A DNA stretch of 64,000 nucleotides from Planctomycetes bacterium UBA1146 (GTDB lineage Bacteria; Planctomycetota; UBA8108; UBA1146). The position numbers and the translations under genes were made by a program. Positions within the stretch are counted from its first letter, which is position 1. Each line of letters opens with the position of its first letter. The notes below the pieces were generated by a model. The model did not search any database. It was not told the DNA's origin and saw only the letters and a program-made list of their open reading frames with translations. The DNA lies in contig DCAA01000023.1 of NCBI GenBank assembly GCA_002311345.1, positions 59,494 through 123,493 on the forward strand, read 5' to 3'. Shown here piece by piece: positions 19,288-28,630 of the stretch.

Positions 19288-20154
19288 ATGGCGCAGATCA
19301 TCGATGGTAAGGCGAGGGCGAAGGAACTGCGAAAGAGTTTGAAGGAGCGGGTTCGTGTCTTCAAGGAGCGAACCGGTCATGCACCTGGGCTCGGAGTTTT
19401 GCTGGTGGGAGAAGATCCTGCCAGCGCCGTCTACGTTCGTAACAAGGAACGTGCCTGCGAGAAGACCGGAATTCGGTCATTTCATCACCAGTTGGCGATA
19501 GATATATCCCAGCAACAGATGGAGGAGTGCATCGACAAGTTGAATGCAGATCCGCAAGTTCACGGGATCCTGCTTCAATTGCCTTTGCCAGCCCAACTCG
19601 ATGCTGCCCCTCTGCTCGAGAGGATCCTGCCAGAGAAGGATGCGGATGGTTTTCATCCGGTCAATGCAGGACGACTATCTGTCGGTCAACCCACCTTCGT
19701 TCCCTGTACTCCGCTCGGGTGCATCGATCTCTTGCTATGGTCCGGTGTCACATTGGAGGGGGCGGATGCGGTGGTCGTGGGAAGATCGAACATCGTCGGA
19801 AAACCGATTGCCCAGTTACTTCTTGCCGAAGGGGCAACAGTGACCATCTGTCATTCGAAAACACGAGATCTTGCCGAGCAGGTGAGGCGTGCAGAGGTTC
19901 TGATCGCTGCGGTTGGGCGACCGGAGATGATCCGCGGCGATTGGATCCGTCCCGGTGCTGCAGTGATCGATGTAGGAATCAACCGACTCGATGATGGCTC
20001 CATCGTTGGCGATGTCGAGTTCGAGGCGGCGGCTGCCCGGGCCGGATATATCACCCCGGTACCCGGAGGAGTAGGTCCGATGACGGTCGTGAAATTGCTC
20101 GAGAACACGCTCGAAGGAGCGATTCGAATCGAAGAGCACAAACTCCAGGCATGA
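19288..20154 (+). CDS. folD: Bifunctional methylenetetrahydrofolate dehydrogenase/cyclohydrolase
   Basis: AQIIDGKA...LLVGEDPASAVYVRNK...GILLQLPLP...VVGRSNIVGKP...PVPGGVGPMT. Confidence 0.95.
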   Translation: MAQIIDGKARAKELRKSLKERVRVFKERTGHAPGLGVLLVGEDPASAVYVRNKERACEKTGIRSFHHQLAIDISQQQMEECIDKLNADPQVHGILLQLPLPAQLDAAPLLERILPEKDADGFHPVNAGRLSVGQPTFVPCTPLGCIDLLLWSGVTLEGADAVVVGRSNIVGKPIAQLLLAEGATVTICHSKTRDLAEQVRRAEVLIAAVGRPEMIRGDWIRPGAAVIDVGINRLDDGSIVGDVEFEAAAARAGYITPVPGGVGPMTVVKLLENTLEGAIRIEEHKLQA

Positions 20155-20164
20155 CGGAGGGCTC

Positions 20165-21919
20165 TTGCCACAGCAAGCCAACCACATCCGGAAATTACCA
20201 GCGCTGCTGGTCGAACAGATCGCAGCGGGGGAGGTCGTCGAGCGCCCCTCTTCGGTGGTCAAGGAACTGATCGAGAATTCACTCGATGCAGGTTCGTCGA
20301 GCATCGATATCCATCTGGAAGATGGCGGCAAGCGACTGATTCAGGTCACCGACGATGGCCAGGGGATCGCTCCTGATCAGCTTTCGATGGCTCTGGAGAG
20401 TCACGCCACATCGAAATTGAAGGAAGCCGTCGATCTCCACCGCATCATGACGCTCGGTTTTCGCGGTGAGGCGCTCTCTAGCATGGTGGCGGTCGCCACT
20501 GTCGAAATCGCATCTCGACCGGCAGCAGAGGATTCCGCTCATCGTGTCGTCGGGACTCAGGGTGATATTGAGCATCTAACTCCCCTTGCCATGAGGCCAG
20601 GAACACGGATCTCGGTTCGGGATCTGTTCTCGGCTGTGCCGGCGCGCCGTCGATTTCTGAAGTCCAGTTCGGCGGAAGTCTCTCGTTGTTCTGCCGCGGT
20701 GAAGAGCATTTCTCTGTCATATCCGACAGTCGCTTTTTCTCTGACCCACGACGAGAGGACGGTTCTGCGTTACCCTGCCGATCAGACGCTGCTGGATCGG
20801 ATCTCCGAGGTGCTCGGTTCGGAGGTGGCGCAGCAGATGATCCCCTTGACCGGTGACGATGCGATAGCAGGTTGGATCGGACGGCCCGATCTCCAGCGAC
20901 GCAACTCCGATGCGATCTATACCTTCCTCAACGGTCGATTCCTGAGGGACAAGGTGCTCCAGCACGCCGTGAGGGAGGGTTTTCGGGGATTTCAGATTCC
21001 CGGCCAGTTCCCGGTTGCGGTGGTGGGCATCGAAGTCGATCCCGAGCATGTGGATGTGAACGTACACCCTTCGAAACTGGAGGTCCGATTCCGGGATCGA
21101 GAGCAGATCCATCGTCACATTCGTCGGGCAGTACGGGGAACTCTGGAGGCGGCCGGATCGGTGCCAGAACTGCGCCTCGAGAGTGATCACAATCCTGATC
21201 GCCAAGCGGGCCGACCACAGCATCCCTTCGGTGCGACTCAGGAAGCGACTTGCTCCGAAGCCACGGTTGAGGGAGTCGAGGGCTACTCTGGCACCGGCGG
21301 TCCCGGGGAGCCGATGGTGATGGCCACCGACTCCACTCTGGTTTCCGATTCGGTGCGGGTATTCCAGGTCCGCGATTCGTTTCTGGTTCTGGAGGAAACG
21401 GACGGTTTGCGCATCATCGACCAGCACGCGCTTCACGAGAAGATCCTCTACGAGCAGATCCGCGAGTCGTGGCAGCAGGGGAACCTCGCGCAGGCGTTGC
21501 TGGTTCCAGAACCGGTTCCGCTCGATCCTGAGCAGTGGTCGCTGTTCGTCGAGTACTCGGATGCACTTGCAGAACTGGGGTTGCAGGGTGAGGAGTTTGG
21601 CGAGGGAGTTGTGCTGGTGAGAACGGTGCCCCAGGGATTTGATGGTCAGGCTCCTGGCGATCTGCTGCGGCATTTGCTGGTTCGATTCGAGCCGGTGAGC
21701 AGTGCTGGTGCCGAGCAACCGGATATCCGTGAGCGTTTGCTCCAGACGATGGCCTGCAAGGCTGCCGTGAAGGCGGGGCAGCCCCTTTCCAGGGAAGCAC
21801 AGCAGGACCTCGTGAAGGGAAGAGAGCGGGCTTTCCAGCCCTGGAATTGTCCTCACGGGAGACCATCGGAACTGTTCATCTCCTGGCAAGAACTGGAGCG
21901 CCGCTTCGATCGCAAATGA
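20165..21919 (+). CDS. mutL: DNA mismatch repair protein MutL
   Basis: The N-terminal GHKL ATPase motifs IAAGEVVERPSSVVKELIENSLDAG and TLGFRGEAL are present, along with a C-terminal dimerisation region. Confidence 0.9.
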   Translation: MPQQANHIRKLPALLVEQIAAGEVVERPSSVVKELIENSLDAGSSSIDIHLEDGGKRLIQVTDDGQGIAPDQLSMALESHATSKLKEAVDLHRIMTLGFRGEALSSMVAVATVEIASRPAAEDSAHRVVGTQGDIEHLTPLAMRPGTRISVRDLFSAVPARRRFLKSSSAEVSRCSAAVKSISLSYPTVAFSLTHDERTVLRYPADQTLLDRISEVLGSEVAQQMIPLTGDDAIAGWIGRPDLQRRNSDAIYTFLNGRFLRDKVLQHAVREGFRGFQIPGQFPVAVVGIEVDPEHVDVNVHPSKLEVRFRDREQIHRHIRRAVRGTLEAAGSVPELRLESDHNPDRQAGRPQHPFGATQEATCSEATVEGVEGYSGTGGPGEPMVMATDSTLVSDSVRVFQVRDSFLVLEETDGLRIIDQHALHEKILYEQIRESWQQGNLAQALLVPEPVPLDPEQWSLFVEYSDALAELGLQGEEFGEGVVLVRTVPQGFDGQAPGDLLRHLLVRFEPVSSAGAEQPDIRERLLQTMACKAAVKAGQPLSREAQQDLVKGRERAFQPWNCPHGRPSELFISWQELERRFDRK

Positions 21920-22007
21920 TCCAGTTGGCTTCCGGGGCAGGTCCCTTCATGGTACTTGTATGGTGCTGTCGAGTGACCAGAACAACGTTTCCATTGCAGA
22001 GGTGTCG

Positions 22008-23096
22008 ATGCATTCCAGCGATATTGAACCAGGCCTTGTGGTGATCCTTTACCCGGGTCTGGCGGGGCCCTTACGGCGCAAGATCCGGGACCGATTGGAG
22101 TCCTACGGAGGTGAAGTTACCGCCGTGGAGGGAACCGGACGATTCTACCTGGAAGTGCGCGGTGAGGTCGCTGCGATCCGCAGTCTCGTGGTCGAGTCCT
22201 GGTCAGGTGTCGAGAAGGTGATCTCGCTCGGTGGGGAGTTCCTCCATACGGCTGCCGATCCTGATCGTGGGCCTGAAGGGGTCGAGGTGGCGTCTGTTCG
22301 TCTCGGTGCCGGTTCGTTCAGCATCATCGCCGGGCCCTGTGCCGTGGAGGATGAACAGCGAGCCCTGCGGATTGCCTCCTCGGTTGCCGCAGCCGGTGCG
22401 GATCTCTTCCGTGGTGGCGCATACAAGCCGCGCACATCTCCCTATGCATTTCAGGGACTCGGCGATGCGGCATTGGAGATTCTTCAGAGAGTTCGAGAAG
22501 AAACCGGTCTCGGGATCGTCACAGAAATTCTCGACCCGCGCGATGTCGATAAAATCGCAGAAGTTGCCGATATGTTACAGGTCGGTTCTCGCAACATGCA
22601 CAATTACTCACTGTTGAAGGAACTGGGTCAGACGTCGATACCGATCCTGCTCAAGCGTGGCTTCGCTTCCACCATCGATGAGTTCCTGATGGCGGCCGAA
22701 TACATCCTGTCGGGTGGTAATAGCAGCGTCATTCTGTGTGAGAGGGGTGTTCGCTGCGCCACCGCGACCGACGAGGTCGTGCTCGATCTGGGATCGATTC
22801 CCGAGTTGAAGAAGCGCACTCACCTTCCGGTGCTGGTTGATCCCTCTCATGGCAGCGGCGCTTCCTACAAGGTCCCGGCTCTGGCGAGAGCTGCAGCGAC
22901 AGTTGGTGCCGACGGGATCCTTGTCGAGGTTCACGATCAACCTGAGGAAGCTCTTTCCGATGGAGCACAGGCCCTCACCTTGGATCAGTTCGAGGAACTT
23001 GTCCCCCAGGTCCACGAGATCCGGGCGATGTTCGAAGGCCACATCAGCGGAGTCTCCGACGACCTGGTGAGTACCCCGGGTGGGGAGGATCGTTGA
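22008..23096 (+). CDS. aroF: 3-deoxy-7-phosphoheptulonate (DAHP) synthase, type I-beta with an N-terminal ferredoxin-like regulatory domain
   Basis: IIAGPCAVEDEQ...FRGGAYKPRTSPYAFQGLG...VGSRNMHNY...LLKRG...VDPSHG. The N-terminal stretch of about 80 aa parallels the Thermotoga-type regulatory domain. The start is 22008 or 21960. Confidence 0.9.
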   Translation: MHSSDIEPGLVVILYPGLAGPLRRKIRDRLESYGGEVTAVEGTGRFYLEVRGEVAAIRSLVVESWSGVEKVISLGGEFLHTAADPDRGPEGVEVASVRLGAGSFSIIAGPCAVEDEQRALRIASSVAAAGADLFRGGAYKPRTSPYAFQGLGDAALEILQRVREETGLGIVTEILDPRDVDKIAEVADMLQVGSRNMHNYSLLKELGQTSIPILLKRGFASTIDEFLMAAEYILSGGNSSVILCERGVRCATATDEVVLDLGSIPELKKRTHLPVLVDPSHGSGASYKVPALARAAATVGADGILVEVHDQPEEALSDGAQALTLDQFEELVPQVHEIRAMFEGHISGVSDDLVSTPGGEDR

Positions 23097-24391
23097 CCCG
23101 ATCGGCTTCCAGCAGGCTGGCTGGTTTCGAGTCCAGAGAACTTGCTCCGGGTTCAATCCTTCACACACGCAGAGAGACCCGCCGTAAGACGAGCCATTTC
23201 CGGGTCTCCTGGATCGGTGATCTGGGAGCGTCGATTGCAAACCAATGCCTTATCCCCGCTTGTCTGCTACGAGGATCGCGATCCCATCCTTCGATGCGAG
23301 ACATCAGTCGTCGCACAGAAGAACTCTGGGGGATGTCGATCGGGAGCGGAGTCGATCGCGCAGGAATGAGGCATGTCGTCTCGATCCATTCGGAGTTTCC
23401 CGAGGATTCAAGACTTCCCGCTGCGGAACAAGTCTTCGAGCAGGCCATCGCGTTTCTTACGGAGTTGATCCACCAGCCGCATCTGGTCGAAGAGTGTTTT
23501 TGCGAGCAGACGGTTCAAAACGAGGCTCTTCAGCACAGGCGGACCATCGAGGGGCGAATCGATGACAAGCGATCCTGGGCGATACAGCGATGTGTCGAGG
23601 AAACCTGTCCAGATGAACCCTGGCGCTTCCACGAGTACGGGATGGTCGAGACGCTGGATACTGCGACTCCCGAGCTGATAACCGATCTGTGGCGGCAGAT
23701 GATCGCGACTGCTCCGATGCACGTTCATTTCAGCGGTGACATCGATCCGGAGGTCTCGGCTGCCAGGTTGCAGCCACTCTTCGATGGCAACGTTCCCGAT
23801 TCGGGGCAACTGAGGGAATCTATCCCGCTGAAGGGAGCCGAGCAGACGCGTGAGGTCACCGAGTATTTCCAGGTCCAGCAGGCGAATCTGGTCCTGGCGT
23901 TGAGGACATCGACCGGCTTCGACGATCCCCTTCATGAATCGATGCTGGTGGCTAACGGAGTGCTGGGACAATTTCCTCATTCGCGTCTCTTTACCCAGGT
24001 GAGGGAGAAAGAGAGCCTCTGCTATAGCGTGAGTTCCCATAACGACGCTTCCTCTGGCCTGATGCTCGTGACCGCGGGAATCGATGTGGGATCTGCTCCC
24101 CGTGCCCGGGAGAGCATCCTGGAGCAGATCGAGGTGGTCCGTCAGGGCGACTTCAGCGATGAAGAGTTCGAGATGACTCTCGGCGCCTGGGATTCTCGTC
24201 TGAGGATGATCCAGGATTCTCCCGCTTCGTTGGCGGAGTTCGATCTGACCTCGAGACTGTGCGGTAGGGAACCGGACCTGGATGCACTGAGGGGCCGAAT
24301 TGCCGCGGTGACAAGGGATGGAGTCGTGGAAGCGGCGCGGAGACTCGAACTGGACCTCGTTTACCTGATGGCACCGGAAGAGGCGTCATGA
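23093..24391 (+). CDS. M16 (pitrilysin) family protein, non-catalytic partner (no HxxEH)
   Basis: It has the same length as the adjacent M16 gene and is coupled to it. The M16 C-terminal-half architecture is present and the zinc motif is absent. The TTG start overlaps the aroF stop (TTGA). Confidence 0.65.
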   Translation: MTRSASSRLAGFESRELAPGSILHTRRETRRKTSHFRVSWIGDLGASIANQCLIPACLLRGSRSHPSMRDISRRTEELWGMSIGSGVDRAGMRHVVSIHSEFPEDSRLPAAEQVFEQAIAFLTELIHQPHLVEECFCEQTVQNEALQHRRTIEGRIDDKRSWAIQRCVEETCPDEPWRFHEYGMVETLDTATPELITDLWRQMIATAPMHVHFSGDIDPEVSAARLQPLFDGNVPDSGQLRESIPLKGAEQTREVTEYFQVQQANLVLALRTSTGFDDPLHESMLVANGVLGQFPHSRLFTQVREKESLCYSVSSHNDASSGLMLVTAGIDVGSAPRARESILEQIEVVRQGDFSDEEFEMTLGAWDSRLRMIQDSPASLAEFDLTSRLCGREPDLDALRGRIAAVTRDGVVEAARRLELDLVYLMAPEEAS

Positions 24392-25686
24392 CCTGGACCG
24401 CAAAAGAAAAGACACTCGAGAACTCGACCCTCGGAGAACGAGTAGTGGAGAGGACCCATTCCAGTGGCGCCACCGTCGCGTTTTGCCGGAAGCCGGGTTA
24501 CCTGCGCCGCTATGCCTGCTTCTCGACCCACTTCGGTAGCGTCGACGATCGCTATCGAATCGGTGGTGGCGAGGAGATCTGTTTGCCGGATGGAGTCGCT
24601 CATTTTCTGGAGCACAAGATGTTCGAGGGCCCCGAGGAGGATGCTTTTCAGCAGTTCAGTCGTTTAGGTGCGATGGCCAATGCCTTCACCAGTTTTGTGG
24701 GGACCACATATCTCTTTTCCTGTACCGATCATTTTTATCCCTGTCTCGATCACCTGGTCAACTTTGTCCAGACTCCGCACTTCACCTCGGAGAATGTCGA
24801 GAAGGAGAAGGGCATCATCGGTCAGGAAATCCGAATGTACGCCGATCACCCCGGCTGGAGGGTCTACTTCAATTTGCTCGCCGGTCTCTACAAGCGACAT
24901 CCGGTAGCCAAGGACATCGCAGGAACCGAGCAGACAATCGCGGAGATCACGCCAGCTTTGCTCCAGGAATGCTGGAGCGCCTTCTACCATCCTTCGAACA
25001 TGATCCTGCTGGCAGTAGGCGATGAGGATGAGAACGAGTTCTTCGAGGTTGCTGATCGACTGCTGTCCCAGAGAGATATGGGCCCCGATCCAGCGATCGA
25101 GCGAATCTTGACAAGTGAAGATCCTGGGCCGGCTCGCAAGGAGATCCGGGAATCGATGCAGGTGGGTCGGCCGAAACTCTTGTTTGGCTGGAAGGACATC
25201 CATCGAGGTCTCAGCGGACAGGAATTGATGCGTAAGGAGCTGGTCACCGAAGTGCTCCTCGAGTGTATCTTCGGGCAGAGTGGAACCCTTTTTGAAGATC
25301 TATACGGCCGTGGACTCATCGATGAGTCCTTCGGGGCTTCATACCAGATCCACAGCGATGTTGGTCATTGCGTTGTCGGTGGTGATGTCTCCGATCCGGA
25401 GAATCTCATCGAAATGGTGCAAGAACAGATAGAGCGGATTCGTTCCACGGGGATCGATCCCAGCGATGTCGAGCGTCATCGTCGTTCAGCGATCGGTCAT
25501 CTGTTGAGAGCCTTCAACTCTCTCGATCACATTGCGGGCAACTACTGCGGGGCTCGTTTCCTTGATACCAATCCGTTCGAAGTCGTCGATCTGCTGGCAG
25601 AGATAACCCCGGAGGATATCGATCGGCGATTGCAGGAGTACTTGCTTCCGCAAGAGATGTCCTGTTCGCTGGTGGTCCCTGGCTAG
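24388..25686 (+). CDS. M16 (pitrilysin/insulinase) family zinc peptidase
   Basis: The inverted zinc motif HFLEH occurs in GVAHFLEHKMFEG. The start overlaps the upstream partner by ATGA. Confidence 0.8.
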   Translation: MTWTAKEKTLENSTLGERVVERTHSSGATVAFCRKPGYLRRYACFSTHFGSVDDRYRIGGGEEICLPDGVAHFLEHKMFEGPEEDAFQQFSRLGAMANAFTSFVGTTYLFSCTDHFYPCLDHLVNFVQTPHFTSENVEKEKGIIGQEIRMYADHPGWRVYFNLLAGLYKRHPVAKDIAGTEQTIAEITPALLQECWSAFYHPSNMILLAVGDEDENEFFEVADRLLSQRDMGPDPAIERILTSEDPGPARKEIRESMQVGRPKLLFGWKDIHRGLSGQELMRKELVTEVLLECIFGQSGTLFEDLYGRGLIDESFGASYQIHSDVGHCVVGGDVSDPENLIEMVQEQIERIRSTGIDPSDVERHRRSAIGHLLRAFNSLDHIAGNYCGARFLDTNPFEVVDLLAEITPEDIDRRLQEYLLPQEMSCSLVVPG

Positions 25687-25704
25687 AGAAAAGTGGGGAG
25701 ACAG

Positions 25705-27279
25705 ATGCAGCAGCACTGGAAAATTATGGTCTGGTTGTTGGCGGGGGTTCTGGTCGGGCTGGGTTTGCAGCGGATGACCGAGGCTCCGGGATCCATCGGA
25801 GTCCAGTTTGCCGCTGAACCGATTGTCGTCGATGGGAATGCAGTCGGGATCCAGATCACTCGGGTGACGGCCCAGTTGCTACCCAAGGGACGCAGTACCT
25901 CAGAGAGCCTCCAAGTAGGCGACGTGGTACGCCGTGTTGTCATCAATGCAGGGATGGCGGACGAGGCGGCTGTCGATACTGATTCTCCCGCTGCCCTGAC
26001 AGCCTTCCTTCAAAAGGAAGGGGCCGGTGGCGTCGCCACCATCGAACTGGTTTCCGGCGGGAAACGTAGCACTCTCGTTGAGTTGGATCCCGATTCGAGT
26101 CGATCCACCTGGCTGGCACCGTTCCGCTTCCTGGCGGACATCTTCATGCGGTTACTGAAAATGCTGATCATGCCGCTGGTTCTGACATCGATCATCACCG
26201 GAGTTGCGGGTCTCGGTGGTGGTTCCGACTTTGGCAGGATGGGCCGTCGCACTTTTGGCTATTACGTCACGACTTCTTTTTTCGCGGTCGGACTGGGCCT
26301 GATCCTCGTCAATCTGATCCAGCCTGGAAATGGGGCACGTCTTGGCCTCTCCGTCGATGCTGATTTCGGTCAGAGAAGTGAGAACTGGCTCGACATTCTG
26401 CGGAGGATGATCCCTGAAAACGTTTTCGGCGCCTTTACCGGTAACGCAAACATGTTGCAGGTGATCTTTTTCGCGCTGCTGTTCGGTTTCTTCATCACCA
26501 AGGCACCAGAGAAACCGAAGAAAATTCTCACTGACCTGTTCGAGGCCGCCTTTGACATCGTCATGAGAATGGCTTCCTGGGTGATGAAGTTGGTCCCATA
26601 CGGTGTCTTTTGCTTGATCGTCAAGGTGGTTGGAGAGACCGGTTTCGATGTGTTCCGTCCGCTGGGCGCATATATGCTCACCGTGATGCTGGCGCTCATC
26701 ATTCATGCCGGTGTGGTTCTACCGCTGTTGCTGAAAGTGGTGGGGAAAATCTCACCGATAGCATGGGTGAGAGCGATGAGCCCGGCGCTGATGACCGCGT
26801 TCTCCACCTCGTCTTCTGCACTGACTTTGCCAACAACCCTCAATACCCTGAAGAAACGTGGCAAGGTTTCGAATCGAACCTCCTCGTTTGTCGCTCCGCT
26901 CGGTGCCACCGTCAACATGGATGGCACTGCGCTCTATGAGTGCATCGGCGTGGTTTTTCTTGCCCAGTATTATGCCAGTGCAGGCAACTTCGAGTTGACC
27001 CTGAGTGCCCAGGTGACCGTGGTGATGGCGGCATTCCTCGCCTCGATCGGAGCGGCAGGAATTCCATCTGCGGGTCTTGTCATGATGCTGACCATCCTGA
27101 GCGCCCTGAAGTTGCCGCTCGAAGGAGCGGCATTGTTGCTGGCGGTGGATCGTCCGCTGGATATGTGCAGGACCACGGTCAACGTCTGGAGCGATACCGT
27201 CGGAAGTGCCATCGTCGCTGCCCGGGAAGGGGAGACGGGTCTTGCAGAGTCAGGATCCGACCAGCACGCCCCCTCGTGA
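25705..27279 (+). CDS. Dicarboxylate/amino acid:cation symporter (DAACS/GltP family) with an inserted PDZ-like domain
   Basis: PFRFLADIFMRLLKMLIMPLVLTSIITGVAG and later SSSALTLPT, GATVNMDGTALY and AGIPSAG are hallmarks of the glutamate-transporter fold. The start is ATG 25705 or GTG 25693. Confidence 0.85.
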   Translation: MQQHWKIMVWLLAGVLVGLGLQRMTEAPGSIGVQFAAEPIVVDGNAVGIQITRVTAQLLPKGRSTSESLQVGDVVRRVVINAGMADEAAVDTDSPAALTAFLQKEGAGGVATIELVSGGKRSTLVELDPDSSRSTWLAPFRFLADIFMRLLKMLIMPLVLTSIITGVAGLGGGSDFGRMGRRTFGYYVTTSFFAVGLGLILVNLIQPGNGARLGLSVDADFGQRSENWLDILRRMIPENVFGAFTGNANMLQVIFFALLFGFFITKAPEKPKKILTDLFEAAFDIVMRMASWVMKLVPYGVFCLIVKVVGETGFDVFRPLGAYMLTVMLALIIHAGVVLPLLLKVVGKISPIAWVRAMSPALMTAFSTSSSALTLPTTLNTLKKRGKVSNRTSSFVAPLGATVNMDGTALYECIGVVFLAQYYASAGNFELTLSAQVTVVMAAFLASIGAAGIPSAGLVMMLTILSALKLPLEGAALLLAVDRPLDMCRTTVNVWSDTVGSAIVAAREGETGLAESGSDQHAPS

Positions 27280-27360
27280 CCAGGTTCGTTACGGTCCAGT
27301 ACCAAGACGTGGTATCTTGTTGATTCAGAGGTGGCGAATCCCACGAGAGGAGCGCGTACG

Positions 27361-27930
27361 ATGGCCATTCCGGCAACTCAGCTCAAAGTCGGACAGGTGA
27401 TCAATTTCGAGGACCAACTGTGGATCTGTGTGAAACTGGTGCAGAAGAAACTCTCCAAGGGTGGGGGAGCTGTCCAGGCGAAATTGAAAAATCTCCAGCG
27501 TGGGGATCACATCACTCACCGGTTTCGCTCGGTAGACAAGGTCGAAACCGCGTTTCTCGACAAGAAGGATTGCGAGTACCTGTACCCAGAGGGTGACTCG
27601 TTTGTCTTCATGGATTCCGATGATTTCGAGCAGTACCAACTTCACGCCGATTTCGTCGGGGATTTGATGCCGTTCGTCAAACACAACGAACACGTCGTGG
27701 TGACCTTTTACGAGGGGAAGGCGATCTCGGTCGATCTTCCCTCCGCAGTGGTACTGCGAATCACCGAGACAGAGCCTGGCTTCAAGGGAGATTCGGTCAA
27801 CAACGTCTTCAAACCAGCAACGCTGGAAACCGGTCTCAAGGTGAAGATACCCAATCACGTGGCCGAAGGTGATCTGGTCAAGATCTCGACCGAGAGTGGA
27901 GAGTTCATCGAACGCGTGAAGGACAAGTGA
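27361..27930 (+). CDS. efp: Elongation factor P
   Basis: Three-domain EF-P pattern with ...KLSKGGGAVQAKLKNL... (the Lys aligns with E. coli K34) and TEPGFKGDS...KPATLETG. Confidence 0.95.
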   Translation: MAIPATQLKVGQVINFEDQLWICVKLVQKKLSKGGGAVQAKLKNLQRGDHITHRFRSVDKVETAFLDKKDCEYLYPEGDSFVFMDSDDFEQYQLHADFVGDLMPFVKHNEHVVVTFYEGKAISVDLPSAVVLRITETEPGFKGDSVNNVFKPATLETGLKVKIPNHVAEGDLVKISTESGEFIERVKDK

Positions 27931-28630
27931 GGCGTTCCCGCAGTTCTCTCACTCCCTTGCGGAATTGACGATGCCCCCCCATCGAGGGGTGTCGAATATA
28001 ACCCGCCTCGAATCCGAGTCTCGACAGCACTTCCTCTGAAACACGACCGATGGCGACAGGTTCGGCATCGTCGAAGATTTTCATGAACGCCTCGAGCGCC
28101 TCGCGACCGGCTTCCTGCTCGAGACGGGTGGGTCTGCGATTGGTGAGAGCTTCTCCGGGTCGATGAGGATGCCAGGGAACTGCATTCCACAGCACGAGAG
28201 TTCTATCGCCGGCGATTTCCCCCCACACGATTGTGGCGGATCGTTCCCGGTAAGGTTCCGTGCGCATCGAGGAGCGTTGCAACTTGCGCCCTCTCGTCCA
28301 ATCCAGAGCTTCGGCGCCATCGAGTAGATTCTCTCCGGTGAACGGGATGCCGGTGAAACGACACCCGGCCCAACCACAGGCTTCACCGACCAGGACGGCG
28401 TCGGCTCCCTGGTGTGCCAGCAGGTACTGTTTCAGGTTCTCGCTGCGGATCGCGGCTGCATCAGGGCGGTCCAGTTCGTCGTCCTGATCTCGCCATGGAT
28501 TGAAGAGACCGGTGGGTGCGGGTTTCTGGATCAGTTCCAGCAACCTGTCGATGCGAGTCTCGAAATCAGAGTTGCTCACGGATCTCCTGTCGCATGCAAA
28601 ACACGCTTCCTCCCGATTTGAGAAACTCAC
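27905..28630 (-). CDS. Uracil-DNA glycosylase superfamily protein
   Basis: A motif-A-like GEACGWAGCRFTGIPFTG and a motif-B-like IRHPSMGG are present. The start is uncertain (ATG 28630 or GTG 28579). The 3' end overlaps the efp 3' end by 26 nt. Confidence 0.55.
   Translation of the reverse strand: MSFSNREEACFACDRRSVSNSDFETRIDRLLELIQKPAPTGLFNPWRDQDDELDRPDAAAIRSENLKQYLLAHQGADAVLVGEACGWAGCRFTGIPFTGENLLDGAEALDWTRGRKLQRSSMRTEPYRERSATIVWGEIAGDRTLVLWNAVPWHPHRPGEALTNRRPTRLEQEAGREALEAFMKIFDDAEPVAIGRVSEEVLSRLGFEAGYIRHPSMGGHRQFRKGVRELRERLTCPSRVR

Noticed and set aside
20717-21889. Long antisense ORFs opposite well-supported genes: 20717..21889 opposite mutL, 35360..36190 opposite the NHL gene, 46376..47131 opposite kdsB, 61217..62035 opposite the kinase, 3059..3772 opposite metK and 55728..56555 inside the FHA-protease gene.
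   Set aside because: Their translations are Arg/Ser/Pro/Gly-rich with no recognisable motifs, while the opposite or overlapping frame carries unmistakable family signatures. These are typical shadow ORFs of a GC-rich genome.
23093-27930. M16 peptidase pair located near efp. It is tempting to link this to the YfmF/YfmH-type M16 proteins that database naming associates with EF-P modification in Firmicutes.
   Set aside because: The genes are separated from efp by an unrelated transporter and an 81-nt spacer. M16 pairs are ubiquitous. The EF-P loop here (KLSKGGGA) only shows that the conserved Lys is present. There is no sequence-level support for a functional link.
27905-27930. Convergent 3'-end overlaps: efp/UDG-like by 26 nt, metG/ChaN-like by 55 nt, and metK with the zincin gene separated by only 7 nt with no terminator.
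   Set aside because: These fit the general compaction of this genome. Nothing in the overlapped sequence, such as hairpins or repeats, points to a specific regulatory device.
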